Of a DNA stretch of 46,623 bases, positions 18,012 to 25,411 are shown in pieces. The notes below the pieces were generated by a model. That model ran no database searches. It saw only the letters and a list, made by a program, of their open reading frames with translations, and was not told the DNA's origin. Positions within the stretch are counted from its first letter, which is position 1, and each line of letters opens with the position of its first letter. The stretch comes from a virus (taxonomy: Duplodnaviria; Caudoviricetes), in the IMG/VR virus record IMGVR_UViG_3300037743_000186, positions 1-46,623 of that record; one strand, given 5' to 3'. The position numbers and the translations under genes were made by a program.

Positions 18012-18694
18012 CGCGTCACCGCCCAGGGCGCCTTGCCCTCGGGCATCGGCTTGCGCCAGTGCCCCGCAGCGTTGGGCTCGTAGCCGCGCTCCCGCATCTC
18101 GGCCTCGGTTCGGCAGCCAGGTACCGGGTTGCGGCGTCCGTCAAGGTGGGCGTCGAAGTTGCCGACCGTGGTGAAGGTCAGGTGGCAACGGCCGCAGTGG
18201 GCGATGGCCTCGCCCTGCCAGCGGGTGCCGCACCTACGGCATCCACCGGCGCCCGGCTTGTTTGATCCGGGCGTAGTGGCCACTGGACGGCTGACCAGAG
18301 CGCCGACAGGTAGCGCTAGAAGCCGGAAGTAGTCCAAGCTCCCGTTGGCCCACTCGGCTCGGCCGCTGTCGACCCAGGCGAACACGGCCCGCCTGATCTG
18401 CCAGGCACCCTCGTACATGGAGTCTGTGATGTCGTGTCCAGTCACCTGCTTGATCAGCGTGGGGAGGTGACTCACCTGATCCACTACTAGGTGGGCGGCT
18501 AGGCAGTGCTGCCAATAGCGGACTTGCTCCTGCCGTGTAGCCCAATCGCCATGAAGGGCGTCATCTTTCTCGGGGACCAGACTCCACGCGGGGTGGTCTG
18601 CCGGTAGCCGTCCCTCGTAGGCCGCGATCTGGGCTGTCGAGTAGACCCGCGGGCTCAGCGGCGGAAGCGCGGAAGCCTTGCGGCGGCTGGTCAT
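18008..18694 (-). CDS. Protein with C-terminal FDxH-type Zn-binding domain
   Basis: CRRCG.RW.G..AHC..CH.TF....FDAH; N-terminal half unrecognised. Confidence 0.7.
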   Translation of the reverse strand: MTSRRKASALPPLSPRVYSTAQIAAYEGRLPADHPAWSLVPEKDDALHGDWATRQEQVRYWQHCLAAHLVVDQVSHLPTLIKQVTGHDITDSMYEGAWQIRRAVFAWVDSGRAEWANGSLDYFRLLALPVGALVSRPVATTPGSNKPGAGGCRRCGTRWQGEAIAHCGRCHLTFTTVGNFDAHLDGRRNPVPGCRTEAEMRERGYEPNAAGHWRKPMPEGKAPWAVTR

Positions 18695-19353
18695 GCCACA
18701 CCTGCCCGCTGGTTGGCCCATGCAACGAAGTCGTCGATAACCTGCTGTGCGGTGGTGGAGCCCTCCAGCTCGTACAGCTTCTTCAGGTCGTCGAGGGCGA
18801 TCTCGCGAAGCTCCTTGATCCTGGCCTGACTCTGAGCCCGCTTGATGGTCTTGGCGCCGATCTCCTTACGGAACTCGGAGACCACCTGCTTCACCTGCTC
18901 GGCGGTGGGTTCCTCGCCTCCCGCAAGGTCGACAGCGCGGCGCCACAGGATCTGGATTTGGTCCTCGTAGCCGATCTTCCGCAGCGGAAGGAGTGGGCGG
19001 ACGACGTACTCTGCGCTGGGCTTTATTGCCACGCGTGGCAATAAATCGGAAACCAGCTCATGCGCAAGCTTCCAGTTACGCGCACCGCCAGGCTTGAGGC
19101 CGGTCTGCTGTAGAAGCCAGCCGGAGAACCGGTTGAACGACTCCGGGTCCACAGGCCGGCCACGCCACACCTTGTTCTTCGGCGGCGGGATGTCCTTCAC
19201 CCAGCGCTTGTCCTCGTAGACGGCCACCATCTCGGCAGCCCGCTCCATCGTCGCCTGCTGGGCCTTGCCTTCCAGCGTCCGAGACTGGTTCACCCAGTCT
19301 CGGATGCGCGCGAGCGTGGCTTCGTACTCGACATCGTTCAGTGGCTGGCTCAT
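18691..19353 (-). CDS. Hypothetical helical protein
   Basis: MSQPLNDV start with GGAG RBS; natural composition. Confidence 0.7.
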   Translation of the reverse strand: MSQPLNDVEYEATLARIRDWVNQSRTLEGKAQQATMERAAEMVAVYEDKRWVKDIPPPKNKVWRGRPVDPESFNRFSGWLLQQTGLKPGGARNWKLAHELVSDLLPRVAIKPSAEYVVRPLLPLRKIGYEDQIQILWRRAVDLAGGEEPTAEQVKQVVSEFRKEIGAKTIKRAQSQARIKELREIALDDLKKLYELEGSTTAQQVIDDFVAWANQRAGVA

Positions 19354-19532
19354 CAGTGGTTGCTCCGTCCGTGGACGTGGTTGGTCACGCCGATGCCGGT
19401 CGCGGTGACGGTGGAGCGTCTGAGCTGCTTTCCCGCCTCGGGTGGGGTGACCTGGACGTTGAGGTTGTCGACGACGACGGTCACGACCACGCTGCACAGC
19501 GGGCAGGGGAAGGTGAGGCTGTTCTCGCTCAT
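19353..19532 (-). CDS. Small hypothetical protein
   Basis: Read manually: MSENSLTFPCPLC...; ATGA-coupled to cro. Confidence 0.55.
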   Translation of the reverse strand: MSENSLTFPCPLCSVVVTVVVDNLNVQVTPPEAGKQLRRSTVTATGIGVTNHVHGRSNH

Positions 19533-19792
19533 CGCGCGTCACCCGCCGGCTCGGCGGTGGGCTCCGCCGGATCGAGCAGGAACTGCGACGGGGGCACTCC
19601 GAGCACGCCCGCCACCTGGGCCAGCTCGGCCGCCTCGAAGGGGGCCGCGTAGTCCGCTTCGGTGAGCCGACGGTTCAGCCGCTGCTGCGGCCAGCCCAGC
19701 CGGCGGGCCACCTCAAGCTGGGTCAGCCCCGACACGCGGATTGCGAGTCGAACGCGCTTGGCGATCTCGCGGGGGGCATTTTCATCTCGCAT
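19529..19792 (-). CDS. Cro-like XRE HTH regulator
   Basis: LTQLEVARRLGWPQQRLNRRL HTH; divergent from repressor; first gene of early arm. Confidence 0.85.
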   Translation of the reverse strand: MRDENAPREIAKRVRLAIRVSGLTQLEVARRLGWPQQRLNRRLTEADYAAPFEAAELAQVAGVLGVPPSQFLLDPAEPTAEPAGDAR

Positions 19793-19845
19793 AGCAGGGA
19801 CAGTAATCGCGACGCGAGATGCTTGTCAACTCCCCCAGCGAGATT
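19783..19845 (-). promoter_or_regulatory. Early lytic promoter (leaderless) with GCGAGAT operator half-sites
   Basis: Minus-strand TTGACA (19829-19824) N18 TACTGT (19805-19800), 7 nt before cro ATG; catctcgc 19783-19790, gcgagatg 19814-19821, gcgagatt 19838-19845. Confidence 0.75.
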
Positions 19846-19889
19846 CAGCCGTTCGGTGGACTACCGCAGCACTCGGAATGCGAGTAAAT

Positions 19890-20393
19890 ATGACCGGTAT
19901 GGATGACACCATGGCACCGACCAGCCAGGAGCAGCGACTCCACGATCGGGTCGTCAAGCAGATCAAGTCCCTGATGATCTGGCACGACCTGACCGCGATG
20001 AAGCTCGCCGAGCTGGCCGGCATGAAGCAGGCGTACCTCTCCCGGAGGATGACCGGCGAGATCCTGTTCGACGTGGAAGACCTGGCGGCGATCGCGGCGG
20101 CGCTCGGTATCCATCCGCGTGAACTGATCCCCGAGGGTGAGCCCGCCCGGGCGGCGGCCCAGCAGCCGCGGATCTTGACGCGTAGCCGCAGGTTACCGGG
20201 AAGCTATCCCATCGCCACCACCACAGCCACCCCCACCCAGCCGGACAGCCACCATATCCGCCCATCCGGACGGGCCGCCGGCTCCCCCAGAAGCATGAGC
20301 CGCGTACCCGCCCAGACCACCGCCAGCATCGGCCGCCCGGCCCGACTCTCCCACCCGCCAGCCCCGGCACCACACAGCGCCACCAACCGATAA
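19890..20393 (+). CDS. Immunity repressor (XRE/BetR-like HTH) with long low-complexity tail
   Basis: LTAMKLAELAGMKQAYLSRRMTGEILFDVEDLAAIAAALGI; start could be 19890, 19899 or 19911. Confidence 0.82.
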   Translation: MTGMDDTMAPTSQEQRLHDRVVKQIKSLMIWHDLTAMKLAELAGMKQAYLSRRMTGEILFDVEDLAAIAAALGIHPRELIPEGEPARAAAQQPRILTRSRRLPGSYPIATTTATPTQPDSHHIRPSGRAAGSPRSMSRVPAQTTASIGRPARLSHPPAPAPHSATNR

Positions 20394-20399
20394 CCCCAG

Positions 20400-21203
20400 A
20401 TGACCCCCGACCTTGACATCCTCGAGGATTACCTCGCCCACCTGACCCGCCTGGGCCGCAGCCCGAAGACGGTCCGCACCTACGGCATCGCGTTGAGGGC
20501 CGCGCATCGGGAGCTACCCTGCGGGGTGCCCACCGCCACCGCCGCCGAGATCGCCGAGTGGCTCGGCCGCTACGGCAGCGCGGCCACCCGCCGCACCTAC
20601 CACGCGGCGATCCGCGGGCTCACATCGTGGGCGGCCGCCGTCGGGCACATCAGCCGGGACGAGGGTGCGCTGGTGCCCCGTCCCCGGGTCCGCCCCGGCC
20701 TGCCCAACCCGTGCAGCGACCAGCAGCTCGCGGTCATCCTCGCCCGGGCACCCGAGCCGTACCGCACGTGGTCGACCGTCGCCGCCTACGCCGGCGCGAG
20801 GTGCATCGAGATCACCCGCCTCCGCCGCGAGCACCTGTCACCCGAACGGGTGACGCTACACGGCAAGGGCGACAAACCCCGGCGAGTGCCCACCCACCCG
20901 CTGGTCTGGGCCGCGGTCGAGGGTCTGCCGCCCGGCCCGGTGGCACCCGGGCGGGACCCGTGGCGCGACCACGTCTCAGCCGAGCTCCGCCGCGCCTACC
21001 TCGGGCTGGGGGTGGACGTGACCGCCCACCAGCTCCGGCACTGGTACGGCACCAGCCTGGTGGCCTCCGGCGCCGGGTTGGAGGAGGTGCGGGAGCTGAT
21101 GGGCCACGCGTCCATCTCCACCACGCTCGGGTACGTCCGGGTCGCCAGTCCCCGGCTGGCGGCGGCGGTCGGGCGGCTGCCGGCGCTGACTCTCAGGCCT
21201 TAG
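20400..21203 (+). CDS. int: Small tyrosine integrase/recombinase
   Basis: GARCIE (R), GKGDK (K), AHQLRH (HxxR), MGH, TTLGY (Y); 267 aa with no arm-binding domain. Confidence 0.92.
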   Translation: MTPDLDILEDYLAHLTRLGRSPKTVRTYGIALRAAHRELPCGVPTATAAEIAEWLGRYGSAATRRTYHAAIRGLTSWAAAVGHISRDEGALVPRPRVRPGLPNPCSDQQLAVILARAPEPYRTWSTVAAYAGARCIEITRLRREHLSPERVTLHGKGDKPRRVPTHPLVWAAVEGLPPGPVAPGRDPWRDHVSAELRRAYLGLGVDVTAHQLRHWYGTSLVASGAGLEEVRELMGHASISTTLGYVRVASPRLAAAVGRLPALTLRP

Positions 21204-21492
21204 GTGCTGTCACCTCGGCCAGGTGCCGGTAGAGATCCCGGATTGCCCGCCGCTTCGTCCAGCCGGTGCCACAGCGTCGGCCTAGTGACTCGTGCTCGGC
21301 CAGGTAGCCGTTGAAGGTGTTCTTGACGGCGCGCCAGTTCCGCACTCTGGTCTGCCGCAACATGTAGCGCAGCTCCTGGCGCAACCGCGTCCACCCTTGG
21401 CGTATGCGGTGCTGGCGCAGGCTGAGGCCGGCGAACTGCAGCGCCTTGAGCCAGCCAACCGCGTTAATCGTAATGGGTGGTGGGGTCGTCAT
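21193..21492 (-). CDS. Basic hypothetical protein
   Basis: GGAGG RBS; GWTKRRA motif resembling the AWTRRGA family. Confidence 0.6.
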   Translation of the reverse strand: MTTPPPITINAVGWLKALQFAGLSLRQHRIRQGWTRLRQELRYMLRQTRVRNWRAVKNTFNGYLAEHESLGRRCGTGWTKRRAIRDLYRHLAEVTAPKA

Positions 21493-21534
21493 GAGAAGCA
21501 CCTCCGAACGCTCAGAGTAGCCGCCGGCGCCGTC

Positions 21535-21807
21535 TCAGCTGAGCCGCCGGGGCCGGCCCCGCCGGTCCCGCCCCGGCGGGTCGGTAACCACCGCCACCGC
21601 CAGCGCCACCGCGGCCAGATGACGCGGCCGGGCCACCACCACCAGTTCCGCCGCCCCGGCGAGGATCAGCCGCCGGGCGGTCACCGCGTCCGCGGTGACC
21701 GCGGCCACCAGCCAGCCGCGTGCCCGGCACAGCGCCGCGCACTCATGCTGCCAGAGGGTCTGGTCGGTACCGGGTGGGATGTAGAGCACAGCACGTAGGG
21801 ATGGCAT
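21535..21807 (-). CDS. Degenerate serine-resolvase-like domain protein
   Basis: RAVLY..C...C.ARGW.V...LI.AG.AELVVVAR.RHL pattern without the catalytic R-x-S; GAGGAG RBS. Confidence 0.5.
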   Translation of the reverse strand: MPSLRAVLYIPPGTDQTLWQHECAALCRARGWLVAAVTADAVTARRLILAGAAELVVVARPRHLAAVALAVAVVTDPPGRDRRGRPRRLS

Positions 21808-21993
21808 GGCGGGGTGGCTCCTCACTCCCGCCACGGACGAGGGGTGACCTGTCCAACGATCCGAGAGCGGCTCGGGTTGCTGTGAGCCGGCTCACGACGG
21901 CTAGCCGCCGTCACGGTGACGGGATGATGCCGCCTATCACTCACCCGGTCGGGGTCGCCTGTCCGGCCGGTGGTGGCGGGCCCGGCGCCGGGG

Positions 21994-22212
21994 TTACGGT
22001 CGCGCCGGGGGTGTGGGGTCGGGCGCCGGTCCCCCGGGGGCCGGCGCCGGCCCAGGGTCGCCGCGGAGACGCCACCCACACCGCCGGCACTCCAACCGAG
22101 CCGTGATGATGCCCGCAACCTCGCCCCACGGTGTGACGGCGTGCAGCTTCACCCGCTCGACGACCTTCTCTGGCTGATGTCCGCGCAGCCAGCAGACCCA
22201 CACGTCAATCAC
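21994..22212 (-). CDS. Small prophage Zn-binding protein
   Basis: CWLRGH ... CRRCG; GGAG RBS. Confidence 0.6.
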   Translation of the reverse strand: MIDVWVCWLRGHQPEKVVERVKLHAVTPWGEVAGIITARLECRRCGWRLRGDPGPAPAPGGPAPDPTPPARP

Positions 22213-22414
22213 CGCGCTCGGTCTCCTTCCCGCTCTCGTACCGGCGGACGTAGCGGGCCAGCGCCCGCCCGATCACCGCGTGGACCGTCTCGCCCCGCAT
22301 CCGTGCGACCGCGACCGCCGCATCCCAGACGGGACCCTGCCGGGTGGTGCGCACGGGTGGGGTGCCGGTGGGTGTGGTGGGCCGGCCGGGCCGCCGCTTC
22401 GGGATGTCAGCCAC
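22205..22414 (-). CDS. Ribbon-helix-helix-like DNA-binding protein
   Basis: GRP..TP.R..R...WDAA...A...GETV..VI.RAL..YV pattern. Confidence 0.7.
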   Translation of the reverse strand: MADIPKRRPGRPTTPTGTPPVRTTRQGPVWDAAVAVARMRGETVHAVIGRALARYVRRYESGKETERGD

Positions 22415-22417
22415 GCC

Positions 22418-22606
22418 TCAGCCCTCCTCGTGCCAGCCGACATCCAGGCCGTTGTCGGCGGCGAAATCCATGGCCGCCTCGTCCCGCTCATCCCGGGTCA
22501 TGGACTCCCACTCGTCGCGGTCGTACTCCACCACCTTCTCGGTGCTGGCACCGAGCCAGCGGGTGACGAACCAGAACCTGACCTTCACCGTGCCGCTCTC
22601 ATCCAT
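22418..22606 (-). CDS. Small acidic phage protein
   Basis: Leaderless ATG 6 nt after TACGCT; natural composition. Confidence 0.7.
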   Translation of the reverse strand: MDESGTVKVRFWFVTRWLGASTEKVVEYDRDEWESMTRDERDEAAMDFAADNGLDVGWHEEG

Positions 22607-22612
22607 GTCGCC

Positions 22613-22705
22613 AGCGTATCACGTAAACGTCGGCCGCGCGTATCACGTGAACCACCCGAAAGGATGAGGTCTGAGGCTTGCGCCCGGGAGTTTACGTGAT
22701 ACGCT
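22613..22705. promoter_or_regulatory. Divergent leaderless promoters with three 15-16-bp operator repeats
   Basis: agcgtatcacgtaaac 22613-22628, gcgtatcacgtgaac 22638-22652, inverted gtttacgtgatacgct 22690-22705; each outer copy contains a TACGCT -10 six nt before an ATG. Confidence 0.8.
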
Positions 22706-22711
22706 TAAGGC

Positions 22712-23068
22712 ATGACGCAGACGATGAGCCCCGGGATCGCCCACTACATCCCCAGCCAGAAGGGCGCGCTGAAGACGGTAGCCTGGCAGACCCGCAGCGG
22801 CGAGACCAAGAGCGTCACCGGCCGCATCACCGGCTGGGCGCTCGACCAGGGCGGCCGCCAGTACCTGAAGATCCGCGACGGCGAGCACAAGGTCCGCAGC
22901 ATCCCGGCCGCCGCGATCGAGCGTCACCTGGACGCCACCGGCCAGACCCGCCGGGACGAGGTCCGGATCCCCCGGTGCCTCGCCTGCGGCAAGATCCTCG
23001 GCGCCGGCTCGCTCGGCCACATGGACGAGTTCAGCGGGCTTGAGGGCTACTGCTACGACTGCGTGTGA
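22712..23068 (+). CDS. Hypothetical protein with C-terminal CxxC pairs
   Basis: Strong GC3 bias; CLACG..CYDC. Confidence 0.75.
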   Translation: MTQTMSPGIAHYIPSQKGALKTVAWQTRSGETKSVTGRITGWALDQGGRQYLKIRDGEHKVRSIPAAAIERHLDATGQTRRDEVRIPRCLACGKILGAGSLGHMDEFSGLEGYCYDCV

Positions 23069-23094
23069 GCAACCCAACCGAACAGGAGATGACC

Positions 23095-23319
23095 ATGGAC
23101 CTTCCGAGCACCCGTGACTATCCGCCCGGCGTCGGCATCGCCAACATCCTGACCGGCCAGGAGTACGACATCCGGCCGGTGGAGCTGGACGGCCAGACCA
23201 CCTACGTTTGGGCCTGCCGCCCGTGCGGTGGGCAGACCAGCGGCGTCAACCGGGACTGGCAGACCGAGGCGGCCGCCTTCGAGTCGTACGTGGATCACTA
23301 CGCACGAAAGCACAACTAG
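23095..23319 (+). CDS. Hypothetical protein
   Basis: AGGAG RBS; CRPC..H..H; alternative start 23065. Confidence 0.7.
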   Translation: MDLPSTRDYPPGVGIANILTGQEYDIRPVELDGQTTYVWACRPCGGQTSGVNRDWQTEAAAFESYVDHYARKHN

Positions 23320-23338
23320 GGCTGCGTGAACCACCCGA

Positions 23339-23917
23339 CTAGTCACACGCTCCTGCCTTACGCCGGAGCCGCTCGTGTCGCCAGCTAGTCGAAGTCGTCC
23401 TCCGGATCCGGGGCGTCGGGTCACCGATTGCGGATCTCTCGCCTGGCCCCGGAAAGTTCAGGCGAGCGAACTCGCCGAAGAGCTGGCGGGCCTCCGCATC
23501 GTAGGCGCGGGCGGCGTCCTCCTCGGCATCGAAGTGGCCGAGGAACGCCTGGTGACCGTCGATCATGATGTATGCCTGCCAGCGTCCCGACCGCTTCCAC
23601 CAGGACACGCCCTTGAAGCGGCTGGACCCTCCGCCCTTTCGCGCGTTCGCGACGTTCTGGCCAGCCGTGGCAGGCCGAAGATTCGCCCGCTGGTTGTCCA
23701 GGCCGTCTCCGTTGATGTGGTCCGTACGCGGCCAGCCGGTGAGCATCTTGTGCATGAGCTGGGTTGTGGAGCGGCCATCTGCCCGTTGGATGCCTCTTGA
23801 GGCGTACCAGGTGTAGCAGCCGGGTATCGCGTGCCAGCTGGTCCGGCGCAGCAAGTCCGCGTCAGCGTCGTCGACCAGCGCCACGAGTCCGCGGGTGAGG
23901 GGTATCTCGACGGTCAC
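23339..23917 (-). CDS. HNH-AP2 domain endonuclease
   Basis: IPLTRG.VALVD..MH..TDHINGDGLDNQRANLR then SRFKGVSW..W.A.I...LG.F...EDAARAYD. Confidence 0.93.
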   Translation of the reverse strand: MTVEIPLTRGLVALVDDADADLLRRTSWHAIPGCYTWYASRGIQRADGRSTTQLMHKMLTGWPRTDHINGDGLDNQRANLRPATAGQNVANARKGGGSSRFKGVSWWKRSGRWQAYIMIDGHQAFLGHFDAEEDAARAYDAEARQLFGEFARLNFPGPGERSAIGDPTPRIRRTTSTSWRHERLRRKAGACD

Positions 23918-24138
23918 GGCTGGTCCTCCCCCTTCAGGTCAGTACGTGCACCCGGGCCGGGCCGGTTTCGCAACCAGCGATCGAGGGTGCTCTTTCGCCA
24001 CACGGGTACGGCGTGGCCCCCCTTGATCTCACGCCGGTCAGGTTGAGGGGCATGACCGCGGGCGACGTATGGCCGCCACGTGTTGATCGAGACACCGACG
24101 TACGCGGCGGCCGCCGCGTTGCCGATTAGCTCTGTCAT
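23914..24138 (-). CDS. Small HTH DNA-binding protein (AlpA/Xis-like)
   Basis: AAAAYVGVSINTWRPYVARGHAPQPD...PVW...LDRW..RPGPG.RTDL. Confidence 0.8.
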   Translation of the reverse strand: MTELIGNAAAAAYVGVSINTWRPYVARGHAPQPDRREIKGGHAVPVWRKSTLDRWLRNRPGPGARTDLKGEDQP

Positions 24139-24144
24139 GCCTTA

Positions 24145-24238
24145 ACCTTACACCGCATGGTGACCTGACACCGCACGGTGTGAAGTAGCTCACATTGCCC
24201 CCGATTCCCTTGCAACCTCGCACCGCTCGGTGTACAGT
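24145..24238. promoter_or_regulatory. Divergent promoters with three CACCGnnYGGTG operators
   Basis: Plus TTGCAA (24210) N17 TACAGT (24233); minus TAAGGT six nt before HTH ATG; operators 24151-24162, 24169-24180, 24221-24232. Confidence 0.8.
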
Positions 24239-24244
24239 TATCTC

Positions 24245-24635
24245 ATAAGCAAGGGAACACCAAAACTCCAAAGAGGTTCCGGGCCAAACGAGAAAAGCGG
24301 CCACCGCGGGTAGAACCGCCAGGGACAAGAGAACCGAAGCCTGGTGCTTCGAGGGGAGCCGAATCGTTTCCCCGCTGCTCTCACCACGACACCCGAGACC
24401 TCGGGTGGCTGCGAGAGGCATATCCGATCGGCCCCCTCGAAGCACCAGGACAGCACCTGCGGTTACGCGGCCGGCCGGGAGGCCAGGCAACGAGAGAAGC
24501 ACCCGGGAGGGTGCCGAGCACACCGGATACCGGTCACCCGCTGACGGGCGGGGCGCGTCGAGTCCCCCAGGCCTGACGGGGCCACCGGGGGGCGGGAGCC
24601 GACACCGGCCGGCCACGCAACCGCAGGACAGCAAT
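24245..24635 (+). ncRNA. Candidate large structured RNA / 5' leader
   Basis: About 400 nt with no credible ORF after a consensus promoter; 17-bp perfect long-range stem, second long stem enclosing a multibranch junction, repeated CAGGACAGCA. Confidence 0.65.
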
Positions 24636-24651
24636 CCGAAAGGAATCCAGA

Positions 24652-24882
24652 ATGAGCAACACGACCTATACCGTCTTCATCGACATCGACGGCCTGACCG
24701 TTGTCATGGACCGGCGGGCCGGGGTCTCCGGCCCCTTCTTCACCGAAGACCGGCCGGCCACGCTCGCCGACGCAGATCGGGTGCTCAAGTCCAACGGGTT
24801 TGAGCGCTCCGGCGATTGGCTCCTGGACAAGGGGCTCGGCGGGATGACCCTATGGGCAACGCTGATCGGACCAACGAGCTGA
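24652..24882 (+). CDS. Hypothetical protein
   Basis: GAAAGGA RBS, GC3 bias. Confidence 0.75.
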   Translation: MSNTTYTVFIDIDGLTVVMDRRAGVSGPFFTEDRPATLADADRVLKSNGFERSGDWLLDKGLGGMTLWATLIGPTS

Positions 24883-24887
24883 CCAGC

Positions 24888-24923
24888 TTGGGTGCCGGCC
24901 CCGGACCCCGGGGCCGCACCCAA
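24888..24923 (+). other. Intergenic stem-loop (processing/stability element)
   Basis: ttgggtgc-cggccccgg / ccggggccg-cacccaa, no U tract. Confidence 0.55.
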
Positions 24924-24959
24924 CCAGCCACACTGACAGACCTACCGAAGGAGCCCACC

Positions 24960-25328
24960 ATGAGCACCACCGACACCACCACCGCGCTGGCCCTGGCCGA
25001 TGCTTTCGACCGGCTCACCAACGACGCCAGCACCCGCCCCGCCCTGCCAGCCGCCATGGCCGAGGTGGGGATTACCGACACCGCCGTGGCAGCTGAGCTG
25101 GTCACCTGTGGCTCCTCGCTCCAGTACGCCCGGGACTACGGCCTGGACGAGTTGGCGCAGCTGGCGCTGGTGCTCCCCCTGGACGCGGTGCGGGCCGACC
25201 GGCCGGCCGCCTACGCCCGGCTCACCCAGGCGCATGTGGACGAGTGGGCGCCGGAGGTGGCCGCCGGCGGGGAGACCACGGTGGCCGCCCTGCGGGAGAT
25301 GCTCGCCTACGTCACCCGCACCGCCTGA
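24960..25328 (+). CDS. Hypothetical protein
   Basis: AAGGAG RBS, MSTTDTTT start. Confidence 0.75.
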   Translation: MSTTDTTTALALADAFDRLTNDASTRPALPAAMAEVGITDTAVAAELVTCGSSLQYARDYGLDELAQLALVLPLDAVRADRPAAYARLTQAHVDEWAPEVAAGGETTVAALREMLAYVTRTA

Positions 25329-25411
25329 CGCTGCCCGGTCCTCACCCGCTACGGCGGGCGGGGGCCGAGTGGCGGAACAGACCCGCCACCCGACCAGAGA
25401 GCAGAATAGCC

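Noticed and set aside
19800-22000. A definable attP core
   Set aside because: No tRNA 3'-end homology or unambiguous core site could be recognised by eye.
24245-24635. Structured region as tRNA, tmRNA, retron or intron
   Set aside because: No T-loop/CCA cloverleaf, no tag frame recognised, no reverse transcriptase, and no interrupted gene.
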